From an uncultured Planctomycetota bacterium (GTDB lineage Bacteria; Planctomycetota; PLA2; JAEUHO01), in assembly GCA_963752285.1 (NCBI GenBank), contig CAVVXN010000005.1:928001-992000 (forward strand): 64,000 bases of DNA, in the 5' to 3' direction. The number at the start of each line of letters is the position of its first letter. Position 1 is the first letter of the stretch. Below the pieces are notes generated by a model. That model worked only from the letters and a program-made list of their open reading frames with translations. It was not told the DNA's origin and ran no database searches. The position numbers were made by a program, and so were the translations under genes. Of this stretch, positions 36,645 to 48,011 are shown in pieces.

Positions 36645-38402
36645 TCACGGCCTCTGGCCGAGCCACGCGTCGAGGGCCGGCTTCGCGGCGAGGATCGCGT
36701 CCGCCTTGGCCCCGTGGGCGGGCGGGGCGGGACACGCGGCGAGCCACGTCCGGCGTGCGGCGCCGAGCAGCGCGTGGCCGCCGGGCTCTCCGCGCTGCGC
36801 GTCGTCCTGCTGGACGAGCCGCTTCGCCATCTCCGACATCGCGGTCCACGCCGCCCCGACGACGAACGCGTCGGTGTCCGCGAGGTACGGGAGGAGCACG
36901 CTCTCGGGGTCGAGGTCGCCGATCTCGGGGAACCGCTCGAGCGCCTGCACCTTCGCCTCGGCGCCGCCCGATCCGCTCCACCACGCCCGGAACGCCGCGC
37001 GCCGCGCGCCCTCGTCCGCGTCGTCGGGAACGGGCCACTGCGCCTTCGTCAGCTCCTGGATGCCGGCGCGCGCGGCGGAGGCGAGCCCCGCGTCGTCCCC
37101 GTCGGCGACGAGGCCCAGCGCGAGCACCGCGGCGCCGTGCGCGGCGGGACGCGTGCGCGCGAGGTCCACGAGCACGTCGGCCGCGATCGGGCGCACCTCC
37201 GGCGAGGGGTCGCGGAGCGAGTGGCGCACGAGGCCCACGAGCCCGAAGCCCCCGAACCGCCCGAGGATGCGGAGCGCGTACATGCGCGCCTCCGGGACGG
37301 GCTCCGTCTTCGGGGCCAGGCGGGCGATCACGGCCGTGAGGAGGTCCACTTCGGGTGCGTCGTCCCGCGCGTAGACGTACCGCAGCACCTGGAGGCGCCT
37401 GTCGGTCTCGAGGTTCGGCAGGATGACCGCCATCTGCGCGTCGGTCGGCGGCCCGTCCGTCTCGGCGCCGGAGGCCGAGATCGCCTGCTGCTTCCGGACC
37501 TCCTCGAGCGCGGCGGCGATCTGTTTCTTGCGTGCCGGGTCGCGCTCGAGGCGCGAGAGGCCCTCGAGCGCCCAGATGTAGCCCTCGAAGTCCACGACGT
37601 GCTGCTTCTCGCGCTGCTCGTCGAGACACCGGAGGAAGCCCGCGAGGTACGAGGCCTGGGCCGGGTCGGCCAGCGAGAGGCGGCGGTACGCTTCGCGCGC
37701 GTCGTCGTAGCGGCCGCGGCGCGTCCACACCTCCGCCCGGAGCGACTGGAAGGCCGGGTTGTTCGGCTCGCCCTGGAGGAGGGTGGCGACCTCCTTCTCC
37801 GCCTCGTCCAGGTGGTCCGTCTGGAGCAGCGCCTGGACCAGGTAGAAGCGCGCCTGGAGGTCCGAGGGGTCGCCGCCCACGATGCGCTCGAGGTACGAGA
37901 GCGCCTCCGCCGGCTTGTCTTCACGCAGCATGAGCATCGCGAGCTTTCGCTGCGCGGTGAGATAGCCCGGGTTCATCTGGATCGCTTGCCTCAGGTTGCG
38001 CTCCGCGGCCGCGGTGTCGGCCGGTTCCTGCTGCAGGTCGAGCATCGCGAGGTCTTGCGGCGCGAAGTAGCAGCGCGGCGCGAGGCGGAGGACCTCCGCG
38101 TACGTCCGACGCGCGGAGGCCACGTCGCCGGCGATCGCGTACGCGCGGGCCAGCAGGTACGTGCGCACGACCTTCTGGGCGCCGTCGGAGGGCCGGCCGG
38201 CGAGGAGCTTCGCGTCGCGCAGGATCGAGTCGGGCTGCCGCTGCTTCCGCTCGCGCTCCTGGCGCTCGATGCCCTGCTGGATGCCCTCTTCCCACGCCTC
38301 GCCGAGACCCGTGTCGGCCCGCGCCGGCACGACCGGCGCGAGCAGCGCGATCAGGACGAGGACGGCGAGGGCGGCGTGAGACCTGTGGCGCGAACGACGC
38401 AT
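36645..38402 (-). CDS. Secreted TPR + HEAT repeat protein
   Basis: Signal peptide, TPR helices, SLRDPSPEVRPIAADVL. Confidence 0.75.
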   Translation of the reverse strand: MRRSRHRSHAALAVLVLIALLAPVVPARADTGLGEAWEEGIQQGIERQERERKQRQPDSILRDAKLLAGRPSDGAQKVVRTYLLARAYAIAGDVASARRTYAEVLRLAPRCYFAPQDLAMLDLQQEPADTAAAERNLRQAIQMNPGYLTAQRKLAMLMLREDKPAEALSYLERIVGGDPSDLQARFYLVQALLQTDHLDEAEKEVATLLQGEPNNPAFQSLRAEVWTRRGRYDDAREAYRRLSLADPAQASYLAGFLRCLDEQREKQHVVDFEGYIWALEGLSRLERDPARKKQIAAALEEVRKQQAISASGAETDGPPTDAQMAVILPNLETDRRLQVLRYVYARDDAPEVDLLTAVIARLAPKTEPVPEARMYALRILGRFGGFGLVGLVRHSLRDPSPEVRPIAADVLVDLARTRPAAHGAAVLALGLVADGDDAGLASAARAGIQELTKAQWPVPDDADEGARRAAFRAWWSGSGGAEAKVQALERFPEIGDLDPESVLLPYLADTDAFVVGAAWTAMSEMAKRLVQQDDAQRGEPGGHALLGAARRTWLAACPAPPAHGAKADAILAAKPALDAWLGQRP

Positions 38403-38490
38403 GCCCGGCGATCCCTCCGGCGACGCGAAGGCGGGACATGCTACTAATGGGCGGAGCGCCCCGGGTTCGAAACCCGGCCGGTCCGCACCG

Positions 38491-39789
38491 CTACGCCGAA
38501 TCGGCGAGCGCCCGCCAGAATCCGGGGAGGGACTTGCCCACCGCGTCCGCGCCGCGGACCACCACCCCGCCGACGACCGCGCCGAGCGCGCCGAACGCGA
38601 GCGCGATGCGGTGGTCGCCGGCCGCGTCCACGACGCCGGACGAGAGGGGACCGCCCCGGACGACGAGGCCGTCCTCGGTCGGCTCCGCGGTCCCGCCGAG
38701 CGCGGTGATGGCCGCGGCCGTCGTGCGGCGGCGGTCCGACTCCTTGTGTCGCGCGTGCGCCACGCCGACGACGCGCGTCGTGCCCCGCGCCGTGGCCGCG
38801 AGCGCGCCCACGATCGGGAGCAGGTCGGGACGGTCGCCGAGGTCGATCGTGCCCGGCGCGTCGAGCGCGCCCGTGCCGGTCACCTCGATCTCGCCGCCGG
38901 CCGTCGTCTCGACGCGCGCGCCCATGCGGACGAGGAGCTCAGCCAGCGCGACGTCGGCCTGACGCGAGTCCGCGGGCAGACCCTCCACGACCACCGAGCC
39001 TCCCGTCCACGCGGCGAGCGCCCACCACACGACGGCGGACGACGCGTCGGCCTCGATCGCGATCCGCGCGGCGCGCGGCGCCTGCGACCCCACTTCGACG
39101 ACGCCGCCCGAGCCGTCGAGACCCGACGCCTCGACCTCGACGCCGAAGCGCCGAAGGAGTTCGATCGTCAGCTCGAGGTACGGCCGCGAGACCGGCCGGT
39201 CGAGGAGACGGAGAGAGACGCCGCCGATGCGGGGCGCCACGAGGAGGAGCGCCGAGACGAACTGGCTCGAGACGTCGGCGCAAAGGTCGAGCGCGCCGCC
39301 GCGAACGCCGCCCGCGACCACCCGCATCGCGCCGCTCCACCTCCGCACCACGTGCGCACCGAGCTTCGTGAGCGCGCGGCGGAGCGGTCGGTGCGGCCGG
39401 CGCAGCAGCGCCGGACGGCCCGTGACCAGCGTTCGCGCGCCGGGAGGCCGGAGGGTCGCGAGCGCCGTCGTGAAGCGGAACCCGGTCGCGCCGAGTCCGA
39501 GGTCGAGACGCATCCGCTCGCGCGAGCGACCGAGCGCGCCGTCCTGCCACGACCCGATCGTCCCGAGCGCGCGCGCGAGCCGGAGGACGTCCTCGCCGAC
39601 GGGCTCCGGTCCCGCGTCCACGACGACCGGGTCGTCGGCGAGTGCCGAGAGCGCGAGCGCCCGCTGATGGAGCGACTTCGACGCCGGTACGCGTCTTCGG
39701 CCCCCCACCGGGCCCCGCGCGCGCTCGACCGTCACCTCCACGAACGTGCCCCCGTCTCCCCCGCCGCCCGCCGCGTCACGCGGCGCCAC
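38491..39789 (-). CDS. aroA: 3-phosphoshikimate 1-carboxyvinyltransferase (start uncertain, alternative GTG at 39741)
   Basis: PASKS..RAL, SSQFVSALLL, SRPYLELT, DASSA, R.KESDR, DHRIALAF, KSLPGFW. Confidence 0.9.
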   Translation of the reverse strand: MAPRDAAGGGGDGGTFVEVTVERARGPVGGRRRVPASKSLHQRALALSALADDPVVVDAGPEPVGEDVLRLARALGTIGSWQDGALGRSRERMRLDLGLGATGFRFTTALATLRPPGARTLVTGRPALLRRPHRPLRRALTKLGAHVVRRWSGAMRVVAGGVRGGALDLCADVSSQFVSALLLVAPRIGGVSLRLLDRPVSRPYLELTIELLRRFGVEVEASGLDGSGGVVEVGSQAPRAARIAIEADASSAVVWWALAAWTGGSVVVEGLPADSRQADVALAELLVRMGARVETTAGGEIEVTGTGALDAPGTIDLGDRPDLLPIVGALAATARGTTRVVGVAHARHKESDRRRTTAAAITALGGTAEPTEDGLVVRGGPLSSGVVDAAGDHRIALAFGALGAVVGGVVVRGADAVGKSLPGFWRALADSA

Positions 39790-39866
39790 GCCGCCCCCGG
39801 GACGCGTGACTGCACGGCCGGGGACGGAGGCGGTATCATCCGCGCCTTCCCCGGGAGGAGCCGCAC

Positions 39867-40763
39867 ATGCCGCAGACCATCCTGGCCACCGAGCTCGCGG
39901 GGTTGAAGCTGCTCCACCGGGGGAAGGTACGCGACCTCTACGAGGTGGGCGAGCACCTCCTCATCGTCGCCACGGACCGGGTCAGCGCCTACGACGTGGT
40001 CCTCTCGCCCGGCATCCCCGACAAGGGCCGCGTCCTGACCAGTCTCTCCCGCTTCTGGTTCGAGACCTTGGAGGACGTCGTCCCCCACCACCTGGTCACC
40101 ACGGACGTCCCCGAGATGCCCGCCTCCACCCATCCGCACGCGTCCGTCCTCGCCGGACGGAGCATGCTCGTCCGCCGGCTTCGGATGTTCCCGGTCGAGT
40201 GCGTCGTGCGCGGCTACCTCACGGGGAGCGGCTGGCGGGACTACAAGCGCACGGGCGCCGTGTGCGGGCACCTCCTCCCCGCGTCCCTTCCCGAGAGCGC
40301 GCGGCTCGACCCGCCGCTCTTCACGCCCGCCACGAAGGCGACGACGGGCCACGACGAGAACATCGACGAGAATCGCATGGCCTCGATCGTCGGGCGCGAG
40401 ACCACGGACCGGCTCCGCGAGCTCTCGATCTCGATCTACGAGAAGGCGCGCGACCTCGCCGCGGCGCGGGGCATCCTGATCGCCGACACGAAGATGGAGT
40501 TCGGCGTGGACGCGCAGGGCCGCATCGTGCTGGGCGACGAGGTGCTCACCCCGGACTCCTCGCGCTTCTGGGACGCGACGCTCTACCAGGAGGGGCGCTC
40601 GCAGAAGCCCCTCGACAAGCAGCTCGTCCGCGACTGGCTCGACCGCCAGGGGTGGGACCACACCCCGCCCGCGCCGGCGCTTCCGGGTGACGTCGTCGCA
40701 CGCACCTCGGCCACGTACCGTGAGATCCACGAACGCCTCACCGGTCGTTCTCTGGGAGCCTGA
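39867..40763 (+). CDS. purC: SAICAR synthase
   Basis: GKVRDLYE, TDRVSAYD, ECVVRGYLTGSG, FTPATKA, ADTKMEFG, DEVLTPDSSRFW; GGAGG RBS. Confidence 0.97.
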   Translation: MPQTILATELAGLKLLHRGKVRDLYEVGEHLLIVATDRVSAYDVVLSPGIPDKGRVLTSLSRFWFETLEDVVPHHLVTTDVPEMPASTHPHASVLAGRSMLVRRLRMFPVECVVRGYLTGSGWRDYKRTGAVCGHLLPASLPESARLDPPLFTPATKATTGHDENIDENRMASIVGRETTDRLRELSISIYEKARDLAAARGILIADTKMEFGVDAQGRIVLGDEVLTPDSSRFWDATLYQEGRSQKPLDKQLVRDWLDRQGWDHTPPAPALPGDVVARTSATYREIHERLTGRSLGA

Positions 40764-40764
40764 C

Positions 40765-41370
40765 ATGTCGCGTCGCAGCGGTCACCGCCACCGGCCGCAT
40801 CCGCCGGAGACGCGCGTCCCCGCCCCCACGGAGCCGACGGGCGACGTCGAGGTGGATCTGCGTCGGCCCCTCGTGGGCGTCGTGATGGGCTCGGAGACGG
40901 ATCTGCCCGTCGTGCAGGTGTGTCTCGAGACGCTCGAGGACTTCGACATCCCGTACGAGGTGCGCATCCTCTCCGCGCACCGGACGCCCGAGCAGGCGCA
41001 CAGCTACGCGAGCACCGCCCGTCTGAACGGCCTGAAGGTCGTCATCGCCGCGTCGGGCGGCGCCGCGCACCTCGCCGGCGTGATGGCGAGCCTCACGACG
41101 ATCCCCGTGATCGGCATCCCCGTGCCCACCTCCTCGCTCGGCGGCGCGGACTCGCTCTACTCGACCGTCCAGATGCCGGCGGGCGTGCCCGTCGCGACCG
41201 TCTCGATCGGCGCCGACGGCGCCAAGAACGCCGCCCTCCTCGCCGCCGAGATCCTCGCGCTCTCCGACGAGGTGCTCCACGACCGGCTCCAGGGATTCCG
41301 CGCCGCCCTGCGCCGCTCGGTCGCGCAGACGAACGACGCGCTCCGCGAGCGGCTCGCGGGTCCGCGTTGA
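40765..41370 (+). CDS. purE: N5-CAIR mutase
   Basis: VMGSETD, SAHRTP, AAHLAGV, PVIGIP, STVQMPAGVPVATV, NAALLAA. Confidence 0.96.
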   Translation: MSRRSGHRHRPHPPETRVPAPTEPTGDVEVDLRRPLVGVVMGSETDLPVVQVCLETLEDFDIPYEVRILSAHRTPEQAHSYASTARLNGLKVVIAASGGAAHLAGVMASLTTIPVIGIPVPTSSLGGADSLYSTVQMPAGVPVATVSIGADGAKNAALLAAEILALSDEVLHDRLQGFRAALRRSVAQTNDALRERLAGPR

Positions 41371-42485
41371 CGGAAGGGACGGGCGACCTCCCGGAGCCCC
41401 CCGTCCGCGCGCTCGCGTGGATGGGCGACGACGCCTCCGGACACCTGCGGCTCCTCGACCAGACCCGTCTGCCCGCCGAGGAAGTCTGGCTCGACCGCGA
41501 CGACGACGAGGCGGTCGTGGACGACATCCGCCGCCTCGCGGTACGCGGCGCGCCCGCCATCGGGGTCGCGGGCGCCTACGCGCTCGTCCTGGCCGCGCGA
41601 CGCGGCCTCCGGGACGACTCCGACGCCCCGCGCTTCCGCGCACGCCTCCTCGAGCGCGCGGGACGCGTGGCCAGCGCGCGTCCGACGGCCGTCAACCTCT
41701 CCCGCGCGGTGGACGAGGTCCTCGCCGAAGCGCGGGCGCTGGAGCGGCCGCCCACGGAGGTGCCGGAGGCCGTGCTCGCCGCCGCCCGACGCCTGGAGCG
41801 CGGCGAGGCGGAGGCGTCGGCCGCGATCGCGCGCCACGGCGCCCGGTGGCTCGCGGGGCGTAGCCGCGTCCTCACGCACTGCAACGCCGGGGCGCTCGTG
41901 ACGCCCGGCCTCGGCACGGCGCTCGCTCCGCTCTACCTGCTCCACGCGCGGGGCGAACGCGTGTTCGTGTGGGTGGACGAGACGCGCCCGCTGCTCCAGG
42001 GGCTCCGACTCACGGCCTGGGAGCTTCGCCGCGCGGGCATCGACCACCGGGTGCTCGTGGACGGCGCCGCCGCGACGCTGCTCGGCCGCGGCGAGGTGGA
42101 CGCGGTGCTCGTGGGCGCGGACCGTGTTTGTCGAAACGGCGATGTCGTGAACAAGGTCGGCACGTACCCGCTGGCCCTGGCCGCGCGGCGTCACGGGGTC
42201 CCGTTCGGGGTCGCCGCGCCGATCTCCACCCTCGACCCCCTTACGGCGTCGGGCGCCGACGTCGAGATCGAGGAGCGGCCCGGGGACGAGGCCGTGTATC
42301 TCGGCTCCGGGACCGCGCCCGCGGGGGTCCGATCCTTCGCGCCGGCCTTCGACGTGACGCCGGCCGACCTCGTGTCGGCGCTCGTGACCGACCGGGGCGT
42401 CCTCGAGGCGCCCTCCGGACCCGCCCTCGGCGCCTGGATGGAGGCGGCCCGCCACCTTCAGTCCCCGCCCCGGGGAGGCCGATAG
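41367..42485 (+). CDS. mtnA: S-methyl-5-thioribose-1-phosphate isomerase
   Basis: LDQTRLP, VRGAPAIG, RPTAVNL, THCNAG.L, DETRPLLQG.RLTAWEL, GADR..NGD..NK.GTY. Confidence 0.95.
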   Translation: MTEGTGDLPEPPVRALAWMGDDASGHLRLLDQTRLPAEEVWLDRDDDEAVVDDIRRLAVRGAPAIGVAGAYALVLAARRGLRDDSDAPRFRARLLERAGRVASARPTAVNLSRAVDEVLAEARALERPPTEVPEAVLAAARRLERGEAEASAAIARHGARWLAGRSRVLTHCNAGALVTPGLGTALAPLYLLHARGERVFVWVDETRPLLQGLRLTAWELRRAGIDHRVLVDGAAATLLGRGEVDAVLVGADRVCRNGDVVNKVGTYPLALAARRHGVPFGVAAPISTLDPLTASGADVEIEERPGDEAVYLGSGTAPAGVRSFAPAFDVTPADLVSALVTDRGVLEAPSGPALGAWMEAARHLQSPPRGGR

Positions 42486-42536
42486 GGCCCCCAAAAGAGC
42501 CGGAAGGGTCCGGCCGTCTCCACGGGTGGAAGCTCC

Positions 42537-45500
42537 ATGTCCCTCCAGGGCAGTCTCCGTCAGCTCGGCCTCGCCGACGTACTCCAGACCGCCCTGCAGG
42601 GTCGTCAGGGCAACCTGATCCTGCGGCGCGGGGCGACGCGCGCGGTCCTCCACGTCGCCACGGACCAGCTCCACCTCGTGGAGCCGGACCCCGTGGACCC
42701 CGACATCCTGCTCGAGGGCTTCGTACACCGCGGTCTCCTGCCGCGGCCGACCCTCGACGCGGAACGCGCGCGGGAACCGAACCCCGTCCTCCTCCTCGAC
42801 GCGCTCCTCGAGCGCGGGCTCGTCCCGTGGCACGACGTGGACGCCGTGCTCCGGGGCGCCGCGGAGGACGCCATCCTCGACCTGCTGACCTGGCAGGACG
42901 GCGAGTTCCGGTTCGAGGAGGGCGAGCCGCCTCCGGAACGCGCTGGGCTCGTGAGCCGGGTCGGCGTGGACATCGGGGGGATGCTGCTCCGCGCGGCGCA
43001 GCGTCTCGACGAGCACAACGCGATCGCCGAGGAGCTCGGCCTCGAGGCCCTGCTCTTCATCCCTCTCGACGCGCCGCCGCCCGTGGACTACGACGGCGAC
43101 CCCACGCCGACCGTGCACACGCTGCTCGACGGCCGGCGCGTCATCGACGAGGTCGCGATGCTCTGCGGCCTCACGCGGTTCGCCGTCCTACGCTCGGTGT
43201 TCGCGTGCGTGCGCGCCGGCGCCGCGCGCACCCCGACCCCGACGGAGCTCGCGCAGCAGGCGGAGTCGCGCGTCGAGGCCGGCCAGCTCAAGGTCGCGCG
43301 TGGCCTGCTGCTCCAGTGGGCCTCGCTCGCGCCGACGGACGAACAGCCCCTCCTCCGGCTCGCGGACCTCGCGAAGCGCCGCAAGAGCCCCGAGGAGCAG
43401 GCGGACGCCCTCCAGGCGTTGGGTCACCTCGTGTTGCGCGAGGGTCGCGCGTCCGAGGCGCAGAAGGTGTTCCGCGACCTCCTCCAGCTCCGCCCCGGCG
43501 ACGAGACCGCGCTGGCCTCGCTGCGCGCGGCGGCCGACAGCGCCGGCGACACGCAGCAGTACCGCCGCAGCACCCTCGAGCTCGCGCGCGCCGCGCTCGA
43601 CGCCGACGAGGCCGAGAAGGCGACCGAGCTCCTCGAGCCGCTCCTCCAGACGAGCGACGCGCCCGTGGCGGCCCGCGTGCTCCGGGCGCGCGCCTACGTC
43701 CGGCTGAAGGACCGCGACGCGGTCGTCCGGGAGGCGGAGGCCGCCGCCGACGCCCTGGGCACCCGCGCCCGCCGCAAGGAGGACAAGGAGGCTGCACGGT
43801 TCTTCCGCGACGCGATCGCGACCCTCGCGCCCGAACGGAGCGACCTGCTCCGCCGGTTCCGCAGCCTGACGGAGCGCGACCGCCAGCGCATGAAGCGCGT
43901 GGTCCTGCTCGGCTCCCTCCTCGCGATCGCCGCCACGGCGGGCATCGTGTTCCGCCCCGAGAGCGCCCCGCGCATGCTCAGCCGCATCGAGGCCGCGTGG
44001 GCCCAGGGACGCGCCGACGACGCCCAGCGGATCACCGCGCTGCTGGCCGACCGACACCCCGACTCGCCGGAGGCGGACCGCGCCTTCGAGCTCCAGCGGA
44101 AGTTCGTCGTCCACAAGACGCCCCAGATCGAGGACGTGCTCCCGCCCGGTGAGCGCGACGAGCTCGAGGGCTCCGTCCTCGCCGTTCAGAAGGCCATGCC
44201 CGACTTTCCCGACCTCACCTCGCGCCTCCGGCTCGGCACGCTCCACCAGATCCTGGAGCGCGCGGACGCCGCGGTGGTGCAGGACCGCACGCTGGACCGG
44301 CTGCAGACCGATCTGCTCCGGGCTCTCGACCGCGTCGAGCGCAACGTCCGGGCGCGCCGGGACGTCATCGCCCGCTCCTCCCTGCTGGCCACGAGCAGCG
44401 CGGTGGACGTCGAGATCCTCCGCACCTGGCTGCCGAAGGCCGAAGGGTTCATGAAGGACGGCTACTCGGACGACGTGGATGCCGGCCTCGAGATCCTGGC
44501 GAAGCTCGCGGCGATGCACGCCTCCGACCCGATCCAGTCCGCGCTGCGCGACCTCAGGAACTCGAACAAGCTGCTCGCCCAGTCCCTCGAGCAGTACGCG
44601 TCGGACATCCAGGCGTGCCGGCGCATGCTCACGCTGCGCGAGATCGAGGCGTCGTACGAGTATTGCCGCACGGACGCCGTCCGCCTGCTCACCAACGGGC
44701 AGCTCGACGACGCCGCGACCTGCTACGCCAGCCTCGAGGCGCTGCTCGCCAGGCTCGAGACCGACGAGGTCCTCCGGCCGCTCGTCACCGAGGTGACGAA
44801 GCGCCGGATCCCGCAGTTCCTGAAGGAGCGGCAGTCCGTCCTCGCCGAGATCCAGCGCGGCCTCGCCGGCGCGAAGGCGGCCGAGGATGCCGGCGACCTC
44901 CAGCGCGCGGTCGAGGCGTACAACGCCCTGGCCGAGAAGTTCTGGTTCGTGCGGTTCGAGAACGTCATCCGGCTCCCCGTCCAGATCCAGAGCGTGCCGA
45001 CCGCCGCCCACGTGTACCTGAACGGACGCGAGCAGGGCTCGACGCCCCTCGTCATGCGCTACCCCTGGGGCACCCAGAACACCGTGACGGTCGAGAAGCC
45101 CGGCTTCCGGCCCGAGACGCGCCTGCTCGGCACGAAGAAGGTGGACCCGTTCCCGATCCTCCTCGTGTCGATGCAGCCCATGCGGCGCTGGACCGTGCCC
45201 ATCTCTCCCACGGTCGGGACCTCCCCGGTCCCGCTCGGCGACGGTCTGGTCGTCTGCGAGAGGAGCGGCCGGCTGTCGATGCTCGACGGGCGCGACGGCC
45301 ACACGCTGTGGGCGCGCCAGGTGCGCAGCCTCGAGGGGACGCGGTACCGACCGGTCGTCACCCGGGACGAGATCCTCCTCCCGCTGCTCGACGGCACGCT
45401 GTACTTCCTCGAGTCGAAGGAAGGCCGCGTCGTCAGCCAGATCCAAACGGGCCGGCCGGCCGGGGACCCGACCGAGCTCGAAGACGTGGTGCTCCTGCCG

Positions 45501-46148
45501 ACCCTCGACGGGCGCCTCCTCGGGTTCCGGGGCGAGCGCAAGGCGTTCGAGGTGCCGTTCGGCGGTCGCCCCACGGCGGGGCTCGTGACCGCGCACGGCC
45601 GCGCGTGGGCCGGCCTCTCCGACGGAGCCGTGCTCCGCATCGACCGCCTCGGCGCCGCCGAGCGGATCCAGCTGCCGGGCCGCGACGCGGACGTCGTCGG
45701 CATCAGCGCGTACGACAAGGGGTTGCTCGTCGCGAAGGGCGACGGCGTCCTGGTCGCCCTCGACACGCAGGGCAAGGTCCTGTGGCACGCCGACAACCTC
45801 GGCGACCTCGCCGGTCAGCCGGCGCACGCCGGCGACGTGGCCGCCGTCGTGGACACCCGCGGTCGCGTCCTGCTCTTCTCGATCGACGCCGGGTCCGCGC
45901 GCGGCCAGGTCGATGCCGGCGGTCCCACGCAGGGCGGCCTGCTCGGGAGCGACGGGCTCCTCGTGACGCAGACGCAGGACGGCCGCCTGTGGATGTACGA
46001 CGTCCAGCGCGGGGTCGAGCGGGTGAACGTGCCGCTCAAGGGCGACACGCACTTCCCGCCGGTCCTGCTCTCGCCCCGCCTCCTCGCGGCGTCGGTCGAG
46101 GGCGAGCAGATCACGATCCTCGAGCTGCCCCCGGCGCCCCAGGACTGA
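42537..46148 (+). CDS. DUF4388 - TPR - TM - PEGA - PQQ-like beta-propeller multidomain membrane protein
   Basis: MSLQGSL..LGLADVLQ..W..GEFRF (DUF4388), TM VVLLGSLLAIAA, IQSVP.AAHVYLNG..G.TP (PEGA), G.L..LD..DG...W repeats. Confidence 0.8.
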   Translation: MSLQGSLRQLGLADVLQTALQGRQGNLILRRGATRAVLHVATDQLHLVEPDPVDPDILLEGFVHRGLLPRPTLDAERAREPNPVLLLDALLERGLVPWHDVDAVLRGAAEDAILDLLTWQDGEFRFEEGEPPPERAGLVSRVGVDIGGMLLRAAQRLDEHNAIAEELGLEALLFIPLDAPPPVDYDGDPTPTVHTLLDGRRVIDEVAMLCGLTRFAVLRSVFACVRAGAARTPTPTELAQQAESRVEAGQLKVARGLLLQWASLAPTDEQPLLRLADLAKRRKSPEEQADALQALGHLVLREGRASEAQKVFRDLLQLRPGDETALASLRAAADSAGDTQQYRRSTLELARAALDADEAEKATELLEPLLQTSDAPVAARVLRARAYVRLKDRDAVVREAEAAADALGTRARRKEDKEAARFFRDAIATLAPERSDLLRRFRSLTERDRQRMKRVVLLGSLLAIAATAGIVFRPESAPRMLSRIEAAWAQGRADDAQRITALLADRHPDSPEADRAFELQRKFVVHKTPQIEDVLPPGERDELEGSVLAVQKAMPDFPDLTSRLRLGTLHQILERADAAVVQDRTLDRLQTDLLRALDRVERNVRARRDVIARSSLLATSSAVDVEILRTWLPKAEGFMKDGYSDDVDAGLEILAKLAAMHASDPIQSALRDLRNSNKLLAQSLEQYASDIQACRRMLTLREIEASYEYCRTDAVRLLTNGQLDDAATCYASLEALLARLETDEVLRPLVTEVTKRRIPQFLKERQSVLAEIQRGLAGAKAAEDAGDLQRAVEAYNALAEKFWFVRFENVIRLPVQIQSVPTAAHVYLNGREQGSTPLVMRYPWGTQNTVTVEKPGFRPETRLLGTKKVDPFPILLVSMQPMRRWTVPISPTVGTSPVPLGDGLVVCERSGRLSMLDGRDGHTLWARQVRSLEGTRYRPVVTRDEILLPLLDGTLYFLESKEGRVVSQIQTGRPAGDPTELEDVVLLPTLDGRLLGFRGERKAFEVPFGGRPTAGLVTAHGRAWAGLSDGAVLRIDRLGAAERIQLPGRDADVVGISAYDKGLLVAKGDGVLVALDTQGKVLWHADNLGDLAGQPAHAGDVAAVVDTRGRVLLFSIDAGSARGQVDAGGPTQGGLLGSDGLLVTQTQDGRLWMYDVQRGVERVNVPLKGDTHFPPVLLSPRLLAASVEGEQITILELPPAPQD

Positions 46149-46153
46149 GAGGA

Positions 46154-46183
46154 CCCGTCGGCCCCACCTCGGTCGCCGACGGG
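46154..46183 (+). terminator. Hairpin after the DUF4388 gene
   Basis: CCCGTCGGC..GCCGACGGG 9-bp stem; no clear U tract. Confidence 0.35.
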
Positions 46184-46242
46184 CCGGGGTCGCGCCGGCG
46201 CGATCTCGCTCGACCCGCGTGCGGCGGCTACCCTGCGCCGCC

Positions 46243-47907
<1,665 letters not shown>

Positions 47908-48011
47908 CGGCTCCGCGACGGACGCGCGCGGACGGCGACGGCGAGCGTCCGACCTGTCCATCCGTGGCAATCTGGGGGAACATACGACCCTCGCCGCCAC
48001 GGAGACCCCGC

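Noticed and set aside
38451..38490. CCGGGTTCGAAACCCGG resembling a tRNA T-arm
   Set aside because: No matching 5' acceptor strand, D-arm or anticodon arm; it is better explained as an intergenic hairpin (GCGGA..TCCGC) after aroA
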